Source: a virus (taxonomy: Duplodnaviria; Caudoviricetes). From it: a stretch of DNA of 55,952 nt. A model generated the notes under the pieces. It saw only the letters and a program-made list of their open reading frames with translations. It made no database searches and had not been told where the DNA came from. Below, one piece after another: positions 18,201 to 25,272 of this stretch (position 1 is its first letter; the number at the start of each line of letters is the position of its first letter). Location of the stretch: positions 1 through 55,952 of IMG/VR virus record IMGVR_UViG_3300032117_000033; one strand, written 5' to 3'. The translations under genes were made by a program, and so were the position numbers.

Positions 18201-19753
18201 TGCCCGGTAGTGGGATCTGTCTTATGACCAACTACCGTTCCGGACTCGGACTTCTTGGGATCCAGTGCCCCGGGAGGAGTGTATTTTACTTTGGCCCCTA
18301 CCGGGAACCGTTGGTTCAGTGGTACCGGTACTCCTTCGCCCACGGGTTTGGGTTGTCCGGGTGTCGCTTGTTCCACGTTCTGGCCGCTATCTCCTTGGCC
18401 TTCTTGAGCGACTTGCCCCGCTTGCGCAGGCTGTCCCTTATCTTCTCGTACTCTTTGGGCATCTTTTGCTCCTTTCCTGTCTGCGGCAAGGTTCTCTTCC
18501 ACCTTGCCAAGTATCTCTAGCTGCCGTTTGCTCGCCTTGGTTCCGAGCGTCTCCCGGATCCAGCGGACAATATCCTCCAGCTTGGTGAGCAGCTTGTTGG
18601 ACATGACCGTGTTCTCTCTGTAGAACAGGTACTCGCCCGGGGTCATCTTGGTGGCCATCTGGAGCTGGAACCGGATGGCTTCCGATCCGTAGTCCGAGTC
18701 GCTCAGGGTTTCTCCCTTGTAACGCGGCCCGTGGTAGCGCCTGCGCTCGATCCACTTCTCCAGCGGGGTCATCGCGCGGTAGAACTCGGCTGCCATCTCG
18801 TCCCCGCCCGGCAGGGTGCGCGTGGCCCCGTGGATGGACTCTTCGCTGACGATGGAGTCCAGTGCCTCATCGATGCTCTTGCCTGCCAGGAGATGCTGCT
18901 CCAACTGCTCATGTAGGTTCGGTCGGCTGATCTGGACCGTGCCGTCCTTGAGCGTCTGCGCTACCGCGTTCTCGTTCCTGGCCAGCTTGCCTGGGACGAT
19001 CTCAGCCTTCCTGCCCTCGGACTCATACTTCTGCTTCAGTGCCTCCTCACGGACCTTCTGCTCCTCGGGAGTAACGGCTGAACGTTCTGGTTTAGTAGAG
19101 GGCTCTCCGGCCAGCTTGCCCAGCGGACCGCGCAGCTTGCCAAAGGCGCCGCCCATGATGGCGGCTTCCCCGACTTCCGCCTTAGATGGCAGACCCTGTC
19201 CACTGGCCAGTGACTGAGCTGTGACGATGCCTTCCTGAAGGCCAATGTTCAGCCCCAGACCGGCCACATCCTTGATGGCCTCGGGAGCCCCGCGCATGGC
19301 GGCAGGGATCTCGGCCAGGGCCTTGGCGGATTGAAGCGGGGAGAACTCGGCAAATGGAGCCACAGCGGCGATGCGGCCCAGGGCAGATCCGATCTTCTGC
19401 TCCTGAACATCCCGTTCCTGCTGGGCTTCCAGGCCGGGAAAGGCCTTCTTGAGCACCGGCTTCTGAGCCTTCTCCCAGGCCCACGCACCCGCCAATCCGG
19501 CGCCCACTGGAAGAAGCAGGGATGCTCCATAGGTGGGAATAGCAGCCTCCATCGCCGGTCCCATGAACGGGGCGGCTGCTGCCATGCCAGCGCCGGTGGG
19601 GCCAACGGAGGTTCCGAAGGACCGCGCGGCTGCGCCCAGGAAGCTGGGCTTGGACTTCTCTACCGCCGACAGGATCTCCTGATCGGTAGGCTCATGGTCC
19701 GACTCGATCTCGACAGTCGTGCCATCGGATAGATCTGCCTTGTAGATAGGCAT
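12260..19753 (-). CDS. Giant (2,497 aa) internal virion / DNA ejection protein
   Basis: Last gene of the tail-ejection module; Ala/Gly-rich N-terminus; size and position typical of podovirus ejectosome proteins. Confidence 0.7.
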   Translation of the reverse strand: MPIYKADLSDGTTVEIESDHEPTDQEILSAVEKSKPSFLGAAARSFGTSVGPTGAGMAAAAPFMGPAMEAAIPTYGASLLLPVGAGLAGAWAWEKAQKPVLKKAFPGLEAQQERDVQEQKIGSALGRIAAVAPFAEFSPLQSAKALAEIPAAMRGAPEAIKDVAGLGLNIGLQEGIVTAQSLASGQGLPSKAEVGEAAIMGGAFGKLRGPLGKLAGEPSTKPERSAVTPEEQKVREEALKQKYESEGRKAEIVPGKLARNENAVAQTLKDGTVQISRPNLHEQLEQHLLAGKSIDEALDSIVSEESIHGATRTLPGGDEMAAEFYRAMTPLEKWIERRRYHGPRYKGETLSDSDYGSEAIRFQLQMATKMTPGEYLFYRENTVMSNKLLTKLEDIVRWIRETLGTKASKRQLEILGKVEENLAADRKGAKDAQRVREDKGQPAQAGQVAQEGQGDSGQNVEQATPGQPKPVGEGVPVPLNQRFPVGAKVKYTPPGALDPKKSESGTVVGHKTDPTTGQIFAEVELKGGRREFVGDVNNIRPAKKAKAPPAAQPVGAQPGQAPVGAAKAGAAPTAPAPAATPIISTTPAEVQNPRLAELRKLWADRPPTAEEAQEHRELTRESRERAIAQAKARRAGETGPAMPLGGERGEETERRIKAIAYSAGDAYTPEEALTVAHNFADWLQDKPPETWDAYLEKFSERIAEKRNAEAANIVATNVTPQDQEVERIRKQLIAEFEATTGGKVIDLPPPPATTWNFLYTGMLRHLGRPATPRQAKGEAAPSQIKTEKLPKNSMGLTVPQNLAKRIYYDFGDYASYWRAIHRQDPTIPEDYVRQAWSEAVNDYLQNASRDQIMDLLKAHGEDLEHGRFRGFMGDVDATEILRPLDRGYLIQDPKEFQKFRDLNVQGDNPTTGQPYTEQEADAKAAEILFREKDEALFRLDRYAAAKGVTPGEAIKMLRQQIHSELADANEFLELHRGGKQKVVSKEGKLAFLEAKRGRTMSLKEAQKAYRQSLDKAMDRRRRAIDYLSERLIKPSRRPDLDPARPKLSLDDIRTVWTLTPEQAADITFLRGQIWQGTGVKGVAPSKLTRGVVLLKNRITKQMDAVSLYLHPTKKEVYVYNPRFLPGDKTQQHIPIKSVLGTWDITKMFLLESPVNKFHQRWKTEEAFMGEIGDNATIKEVLADSVWEMGQKKRDAKAAISALEKLLEGPTKEEEVTGELPKEAGEEGEAKVEGAEAKAATTEAEGMRPSEAGLVEDEQAAPEERAIEMKSGSPETLAEGSGHLQGPGMGVLGLYQTDPQRLVRGPLTTEEAEAISQAISNYEKGTHQIPIIKQAASKKRGVTTWKEYGRRIQKAITSPLDLLNVLKQVQFRRTHIGWYTGKPKGLRGEDYCFVTGMDKIVTWWQNQLKKQNRKYIRSLPQKEQKAYLEGLNQEALMEALNHVYELKESAHTGVQGPTEQGVPLESANFRTRALEVYGENTGRLARELALAKKRAAQGPSPGVVGERERYLLTHKPVEDWLKQWGIYSEYPGRKGPKFPPRITRPEAESRMVELRGKGIPPTAEQRGGGVPAYRRLGPTPPPGGAESIPPQLLDPGSQRYVKEHAAGVAPPRWGTQIYAQLANRGPETLGRPPREAPPGYQHPPREETGPAMRLGMGGYGPSNRARGELEQGHRALAITEIRKSMGDQELAVMGRKSWKGWDDALRMMNMAEEGVVVNPLEAAAIGRHAWQLLDENADNIAIDTGFGSDQTKMAQEQSKAWGTRYSNTFKTTWSETGKVFQGDLDDMGNYTSIRRQVEEEDEGDITVEDDQHIRDMVDGVKVARKEREKAVSALSKAAAPTATDKGNAAAINEALRQARENREAAEDYLSVIEGMPMMAKQSKDLPPLDHKTEDALANVGYEIMMDLSNKGDLTDERWLEEMRKVKAIGNKYDNYLGKIRAISQEIRDIFLDNFIASGESTKEAREILTRKRPTIEESKAAIARAVKADPKGYHPRPIEAYHVFNVVKQVFLDPKDKVIKDPLELWFRASQETGLPMDRLLAALSTNRTLKHLTADALEKMRIENRVVQDAKNWLKNRRYPGWLQFIRRIPRYFFMDKIFGHGMVPLVTHAGNMAFNPYAWKTYFPVWLDMYKMTFGAKGLSGRDYHAAVMMDLQNKPRFDFWVNICDLKCDPRQITDDYQIEMLKKWFEKKKLGGLIGGRGFDVLKLLRHNRAEQWWDTLPEHMKTGESGKIMGKYIADSVNHATGIVKTHFHEALNWAMFAPNLEASRWAMATDLVKALDIIRPGKNASPEQILWAKSEIRQKAAMVGMYYSMLAMNQGFLKAIGSDEDVNLTDPRKPDFMWFKVPGFKVGVVNPLIGIVKLFANAFHSGQGDLSQMEKLQGRQNLMDTTIGRYARGKFSPFASFAYDVATQQDFSRRPLPWSSDQVPTYLRRRGVEPWGMGEWVGQQISPIPLEEALDTWRQIGMDTATARKLAISLAVFGLSAGTGVRLAPTEP
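18316..18462 (-). CDS. Overprinted small basic protein (48 aa, MPKEYEKIRDSLRKRGKSLKKAKEIAARTWNKRHPDNPNPWAKEYRYH) nested in the giant gene
   Basis: Strong SD AGGAAAGGAG 6 nt before ATG 18462. The host frame here reads as a low-complexity linker. Confidence 0.55.
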   Translation of the reverse strand: MPKEYEKIRDSLRKRGKSLKKAKEIAARTWNKRHPDNPNPWAKEYRYH

Positions 19754-19756
19754 AGA

Positions 19757-21022
19757 TTACTCGTAGGGGGAACCTTCGCTGGTCGTCTGGTGCGTCAATG
19801 CGCCTTGAGCGCCGGGCTGCATGCCGAGGGTCCATCGGGTTCCGCCCTGGTGGCTGACCAGGGATGTGTCCCACTCCGGACCTTTGATATCCAGCTTGTT
19901 GTCAGGCCAGTTCTTCTTGATGATCGACTGGGCTTCGCTCTTGGAGATCCTGCCGTGGCGATAGAGCATGATCACTTTCGTCGGGCTGTCCCACAACGGC
20001 TTCGCTTCTGGCGGCGCGGCTGCCTTCCTGGGAACCGGTGGAGTTGCTGGAGTCGATTTGGTGGCTTGTGCTGGAGCCGTTGCTCGAGATGCGGCAGGAG
20101 GAAGCGTGGCGTTACCGCCAAAGCCAGGACCCATGCCGAACTGGGCAGCGGGAGCTGCTGGTGCTGCTGGAGATGTTCCTTCACCTGACGGTGCGGTGCC
20201 GGTGGGATACTTGCGGAGGACATTTACTTTCGATTCACCTTCACCTGCTGGTTTGGCGGCTTCGAGATCATACTCTGGTGGAAATCCTTCGGCTGCTCTC
20301 AGCTTGTTGACGTGGGCCTCGGCTTCATCCAGGACTTCCTTGTTCGCCTTCCGTTGGGACCCGGACGATTTGACATACTCCGAATACGCTTCCTTGACCC
20401 GATCACGGGCTGACTTGAGTGAGGCGCTTTCCTCCTTCTGCGCGGGGGTGGTGGTGGTCTTCTCCTGTGGAACCAGTTGCCACGGCTGAGTGGGTGCGCC
20501 ACGGAAGAACTTCTGCCCGTTGACATCCTGAATCTCCGGCATGGCGGCCTGCGTCTGCTGCTGCTGGACGGACTTCTGGAGCGCTCCGGTCAGGCCGGAC
20601 GGCAGAGAGCCTTGCATATCAGCTCCGTACATCGAGAGGGCCTGGAGCATCAACTGCTGAGGATCGGCCTGAGGGTTCTGGGCCATGCCTTTCTGGACGA
20701 AATCATCCACCTTCTGCTTGGCAGCCATCTGGTTCATGGCCTGCTGGATCTTCTGATCGTTCAGCTTCTTGGCTTCCTCGGCCTTCTGCTTGTTCAGCTC
20801 GAGCTGCTGCTGATGGTACTGCGCAGAGATCTCCATGCGCTGCTGGTTCATCAACTGCTGCTGCTTGGCCAGCGCGTGACGAGCGGCAATGTCCTGCTGC
20901 TCCAGGCCAATGCGCTGCTGGGCTTGCTGCAACATCACCCCGCGCCGATTGGCATCCACCATCGACTGTTGCAGGGCTACGCCTTTGGAGAAATCATCGA
21001 ATGGATTGTAGGCATCTGCCAT
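19757..21022 (-). CDS. Putative ejection / internal virion protein (Gln/Ala-rich coiled coil)
   Basis: Composition and position between the pilot-like and giant genes. Confidence 0.65.
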   Translation of the reverse strand: MADAYNPFDDFSKGVALQQSMVDANRRGVMLQQAQQRIGLEQQDIAARHALAKQQQLMNQQRMEISAQYHQQQLELNKQKAEEAKKLNDQKIQQAMNQMAAKQKVDDFVQKGMAQNPQADPQQLMLQALSMYGADMQGSLPSGLTGALQKSVQQQQTQAAMPEIQDVNGQKFFRGAPTQPWQLVPQEKTTTTPAQKEESASLKSARDRVKEAYSEYVKSSGSQRKANKEVLDEAEAHVNKLRAAEGFPPEYDLEAAKPAGEGESKVNVLRKYPTGTAPSGEGTSPAAPAAPAAQFGMGPGFGGNATLPPAASRATAPAQATKSTPATPPVPRKAAAPPEAKPLWDSPTKVIMLYRHGRISKSEAQSIIKKNWPDNKLDIKGPEWDTSLVSHQGGTRWTLGMQPGAQGALTHQTTSEGSPYE

Positions 21023-21036
21023 ACGCTGCTCTTTCT

Positions 21037-21843
21037 TTAACCGAGTAGATCTTCCAGGCCTTCTGAGTAGTCTCCCTCACCGCCTCCCCAATCATCGAAA
21101 TACCCCCCTCCACCATAGGCACCACCCGAACTGCCACCGGCATTTATGGTCGGATCCACGTTGATGTCTATGTTGGGAGTTTGACTTTGTAGTTGTGGAG
21201 TCAGAGAGGTGGTTCCACTTCCCGCTGACCCGCCTTGCATTCCAGAGCCCATCAGTCCTCCCAGATAGTTTCCGGAAGCCATTCCACCGAACGACATAAT
21301 CTCCTTGTTCAGGGTCGAAAGTGTCGGGTCGGGCTGGGCCTCAATGCCGTAGGAGTTCTGCTGCGCCTGGTACTGCTGCATTGGAGTCACCAGGAACTCG
21401 TTCGGGTTGAAGAGAGATCCCTTAGGCATTTCCTGCATCATTCCCGACAGATTTGACATACCCTGTTGCATCTCGCCCTGGGAAGTCTGACCCATCGCCC
21501 GGAGCCAGGCGGCATTCGCGTTGGGGCTGTTGGTCATGGTTTGCCCGCCCATGATGCCGCGCTCCGCCATCAACTGGGTTTCCAGGTTCGTCACGTCGCT
21601 GGGAATCTGGCCCTGCAACTGCTGTCCGGTGTTCGTCGCAGCCTGGTTCCAGCTTGACTGGAATCCTGGTAGATTGGAAGTGTACTGCGACATCGCCGCC
21701 TGGTTCTGCTGGGTGTTGTACAGGTTGCCGAGCTGGCCGATGCGGCCCATCGAGCTAATGTCCTCAGTCAGGGCAGCCTGCTGACCGGCGCCCGGGCTGG
21801 TGGTCTTCTGCTTCGATCCAAATACGTCTCCTAAGAATCCCAT
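21037..21843 (-). CDS. Putative DNA-transfer / pilot-like internal virion protein
   Basis: MGFLGDVFGS start; Gly/Gln/Met-rich; follows the tail genes. Confidence 0.6.
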   Translation of the reverse strand: MGFLGDVFGSKQKTTSPGAGQQAALTEDISSMGRIGQLGNLYNTQQNQAAMSQYTSNLPGFQSSWNQAATNTGQQLQGQIPSDVTNLETQLMAERGIMGGQTMTNSPNANAAWLRAMGQTSQGEMQQGMSNLSGMMQEMPKGSLFNPNEFLVTPMQQYQAQQNSYGIEAQPDPTLSTLNKEIMSFGGMASGNYLGGLMGSGMQGGSAGSGTTSLTPQLQSQTPNIDINVDPTINAGGSSGGAYGGGGYFDDWGGGEGDYSEGLEDLLG

Positions 21844-21853
21844 AATTGTTCTC

Positions 21854-22897
21854 CTAAATCATACCGATGTGTATCCGTTCCAATGAAGCGCTGCCAAATG
21901 GAGAAAATCTTACCGCCGGGTTGTCCTTCCCCAGGTAGTGGTTCAGCTCGCCGTTGAGATGGCCGATGGCCTTCTTGTGGTGCGCTGCCGATTCCACCAT
22001 CGCTGCCTCGCCTTCCAGATCGCCAAAGTGAACGCTCCACGCCTCCTCGATCATGGCCTCCAGGTTCTGGATCACCAGGTAGTCCTGATCCGCCACGACG
22101 GGGATCAGCTCCAGCTTGGCGATGGCCGTCACCTGGACTGGAGCGTATTGCGAGCAGCAGTAGTCCGGCAGGTTGTTGAGGTAGTAGCGCCGGTAGCCGG
22201 ACACCTGCTCGCCCGGGTCCATGATCAGGATGGGTGTCTGGTTGCCGGTGGTGGGGTCTGCGGCCACGAAATGGGCCGAGCCGGTGGTGATGTCCTTCTG
22301 GATCCCGGTGATGCGCGAGTAGGAATACTGGGTGAAGGCGAACGGTGAGGTGAAGTAGACGTACTCGCCCATGACCTGGTTCTTGCCGTCCGTGGATCGG
22401 ACCACTTCACCGTTCTGGTCCAGCCCCTGAACCAGCGCTCGCAGTCCATTGGTTACATCGCTATGGTCGGTCGTGTAGACCATCAGCGTCTGGGACGATG
22501 AAGGCAGATCGGCAAACGTGACGGCGTTGTTGCGCTCGAAGGTTTCGGTCACTCCCCAGTTGTCCAGCGACTTCCTGAGCTGCGGCATCCGGCCGTTGCC
22601 GAAGGCGAGATACTCGTAGAACTGGTTGTTGATCGGGACGGCATGGCGGCACACAGCGATCTGCTCGAGGCGAGCCAGCGTCCGGGGCAGCGTGATGTAG
22701 GGGGCATACCGGGAAACGGAGTTGAAGGTGACTTCCACCCAGCTTCCCCACCAGCCTTCGTCACCCGCCTCCTTGGCGAAGATCAGCCTTCTCTGGCAGC
22801 GGTTGGCCAGATTGGCCACCGCCACGGTGTCGCTCGAGCAAAGCCCGTTGGTCTGGGGGAACTCGGATTGGCGAACGTCAAATAGCCTGAGTCTCAT
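21854..22897 (-). CDS. Putative head-tail adaptor (tail tubular protein A-like)
   Basis: 347 aa; position next to the nozzle gene. Confidence 0.5.
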   Translation of the reverse strand: MRLRLFDVRQSEFPQTNGLCSSDTVAVANLANRCQRRLIFAKEAGDEGWWGSWVEVTFNSVSRYAPYITLPRTLARLEQIAVCRHAVPINNQFYEYLAFGNGRMPQLRKSLDNWGVTETFERNNAVTFADLPSSSQTLMVYTTDHSDVTNGLRALVQGLDQNGEVVRSTDGKNQVMGEYVYFTSPFAFTQYSYSRITGIQKDITTGSAHFVAADPTTGNQTPILIMDPGEQVSGYRRYYLNNLPDYCCSQYAPVQVTAIAKLELIPVVADQDYLVIQNLEAMIEEAWSVHFGDLEGEAAMVESAAHHKKAIGHLNGELNHYLGKDNPAVRFSPFGSASLERIHIGMI

Positions 22898-25191
22898 AAG
22901 TTATCCGTCTTTATAGGAACGCACCCGGCTCGAATGTCTTCAACGCAGGTTGCCTCTGAAGGAACAAGTTGACCAGCGGTGGTCTGCTCCGGTGCCAGGT
23001 TGTGGTAGAGCGCCGTGCGCACCATGCTGGCCCTCAGGAAGATGCCCCGCACCCGGCAATAGCCGGTCACGGTCAACCTGGGCTGGAACTGGTAGCCCAG
23101 GTTGCTGGGCCTGCGCATCTGGCTGCAAGTTGAGGGCGGCTTTCCGATGGTTATGGTCTGACGGTAGCTGGAGCCGTAGCTGGCCGGGTAGGGGGAGGAG
23201 ATGGTCGGTGGCAGGAACTCGTTCACGTTACGCGCGGAGCACTCCTTCCACTTGAGCCAGGGCACCCAGCAGGTTTCCCCGTCCACGCGGTACTCGAGGT
23301 TGAACTCCACTGTGCCGAACAGCTTGTCCACCCACAGCTCGGCGGCCAGCAGGTTCTTCATGGACAGTGGGTGGTCCCAGTTGAACGCGGGGAACTCGAT
23401 CTGCATGGTCACCCGCTGATCCCCGTTCTCAAACTTGTCGTTGTTGGTCAGCTCCCAGACCCAGATGCCGTTGTCGTCCGCGTTGTACATCACCGCGAAG
23501 GCCCGGGGAGTCCCCTCAAAGTCCTGCTCCATAAGCTGAAGGATCGGGATGCCCTCGTAGTGACCCTCCCACACCGGGGAGTATTGCTCGTTGAAGCTGG
23601 AGACGGGAAGGAAGTCCAGAGGCACGGCGGCCTGGTGGGCGATGCCGCAGGGGACCGCGTAGGGCAGCGCCGTCTGCCAGAGCCGGTTGTCAAAGCAGAT
23701 GCCGCTGGCGTAGCCGAGCAGGGACTGGTTGTTCCACTGGAGGATCCGGTTCTCGTTGGCGCTGATGGGTATGTTCCCGGGCTGCTGGAAGTAGCGCATG
23801 GCGGCTACCAGGGATTGGATCTGTTTGTCGTAGGTCTGGAAGTAGAGATCGCCGTTTACCGAAACAATAGAGTCGTCGTTGACCGATCCGTTGGTCAGTT
23901 GAACCACGGTCATCAGCGGCTGGTTGGTGGAGTCGGCTTTGATCCAGTCCTGCCGGGTGACCGGAACGGTGAGCCCGTAGATGGCTCGGCGAGTGAAGAT
24001 GTAGAGCTGTCCCTCTCCCTGGGCCACATTGATGTTCCCCATGTACTGCATCGCCACGATGTCCCCGGAGTTGTCCGGCACCGTGAAGCCATCGCCGCCA
24101 ACCACCAGAGGGTTCTCGGTCACGTTCAGCACAGCGTCGCGGAACTCGTAGCCTTTGGTTCCAGAGGATCCGCCAACGATATCCCCAGCGGACAGGTTTC
24201 TGCCGATCGCATACCAGAGTCGGCCCATGTAGTAGACCATCGGACCGGCTGCGGGGATCTCATTGCCCCAGTTCGCCGGGTTGGGATCGTTCCAGGCTGA
24301 GGGTGTGCCCGGAGCGATCGCGGTGTCGTTGATACCAATCGACCGGCGCAGAAGGTTGCCGTCCCAGATCAGCGGCAGGGTGAACCCATCGCCGACCTGG
24401 ATAATGAGGAACTGCTCGGCCTGGCAGAAGAAGGCGCGGGAGGCTGAATCGGGGTCATTTGGATCGAAGGGGTACGACGGCATCAGCAACTGGAATCCAC
24501 CGGGAACGGTGATCGTGGTGGATCCCTGGGCCGATACGATCTCGTAGGTGCCCTCCCCGACTACCTTGGTAGGCCCACCGAATGGAGGTGGAGGTGTGTA
24601 GGTGAACGCCGGGAATGTCAGCACCGGCCCGGCGCCGCCCAGGTAAGCGGAGTCCAGCATGACATCTACATTGTCTCCTGACTTGGGGATGATGAAGGAT
24701 CGGTAGGATCCAAGCGTGGGATCAGGGGGAGGAAAGGTGTTGGGCTGCTGATCGTAGGTGCCGGGTCGGGGGATGCCGGGCTCACCATCGGACAGGTTCT
24801 TTAGCGACACCGTGGTCAAGCCGGTGATCGTGGTGATGGTGGTGGTGGGGGACAGGAAGGCCAGCGAGAGATCGGTAACCGACCCCGAGTCTATGTCCAC
24901 CTTCAGCACATGCCCGGCAATCAGCACGATCAGGTAGGGTTTGCCGGTGATCGGCTCGTAGATGAATCCGCGCTGGTAGACTCCGGAGGCGTCGGAGATT
25001 CTGGTTTTGGGCTGCCAGCCCCAGCGCGGGGAGATGCCGCCGTCCCGCACGGTGGCGTTGACGAGCCAGCATTGTTCATCGCGCCGTAGCCCGTTGGGGT
25101 TAGACACTCCGGCCACCGTGGAGGCCTTGAGCGAATCGACTCCGCCCGAGAAATTCGTAGTGCCGTCGGTTAGTATCTCAATCCGTTCCAT
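22894..25191 (-). CDS. Putative tail nozzle (tail tubular protein B / P22 gp10-like, beta-propeller)
   Basis: 765 aa, beta-rich, N-terminal FSGG...LVNATVRDGGISPRWG. Confidence 0.6.
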   Translation of the reverse strand: MERIEILTDGTTNFSGGVDSLKASTVAGVSNPNGLRRDEQCWLVNATVRDGGISPRWGWQPKTRISDASGVYQRGFIYEPITGKPYLIVLIAGHVLKVDIDSGSVTDLSLAFLSPTTTITTITGLTTVSLKNLSDGEPGIPRPGTYDQQPNTFPPPDPTLGSYRSFIIPKSGDNVDVMLDSAYLGGAGPVLTFPAFTYTPPPPFGGPTKVVGEGTYEIVSAQGSTTITVPGGFQLLMPSYPFDPNDPDSASRAFFCQAEQFLIIQVGDGFTLPLIWDGNLLRRSIGINDTAIAPGTPSAWNDPNPANWGNEIPAAGPMVYYMGRLWYAIGRNLSAGDIVGGSSGTKGYEFRDAVLNVTENPLVVGGDGFTVPDNSGDIVAMQYMGNINVAQGEGQLYIFTRRAIYGLTVPVTRQDWIKADSTNQPLMTVVQLTNGSVNDDSIVSVNGDLYFQTYDKQIQSLVAAMRYFQQPGNIPISANENRILQWNNQSLLGYASGICFDNRLWQTALPYAVPCGIAHQAAVPLDFLPVSSFNEQYSPVWEGHYEGIPILQLMEQDFEGTPRAFAVMYNADDNGIWVWELTNNDKFENGDQRVTMQIEFPAFNWDHPLSMKNLLAAELWVDKLFGTVEFNLEYRVDGETCWVPWLKWKECSARNVNEFLPPTISSPYPASYGSSYRQTITIGKPPSTCSQMRRPSNLGYQFQPRLTVTGYCRVRGIFLRASMVRTALYHNLAPEQTTAGQLVPSEATCVEDIRAGCVPIKTDNL

Positions 25192-25238
25192 AACTGGGAG
25201 CTGCGCGGCGTGAACAGATCATGCTCGAACTTCCCACA

Positions 25239-25272
25239 TTGCGGCCACAATCGCAATACCTTATCTTGCAGC
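25239..25272 (+). promoter_or_regulatory. Sigma70-like leaderless promoter for terL, overlapping a divergent promoter
   Basis: TTGCGG-17-TATCTT-5-ATG (25273). The minus strand has TTGCGA-17-GAAGTT. Confidence 0.5.

Noticed and set aside
12325-24547. Many long + strand ORFs opposite the structural genes (for example 14087..14968, 16424..17377, 23371..24300)
   Set aside because: Antisense shadows expected from high GC3 codon bias; no motifs or start signals.
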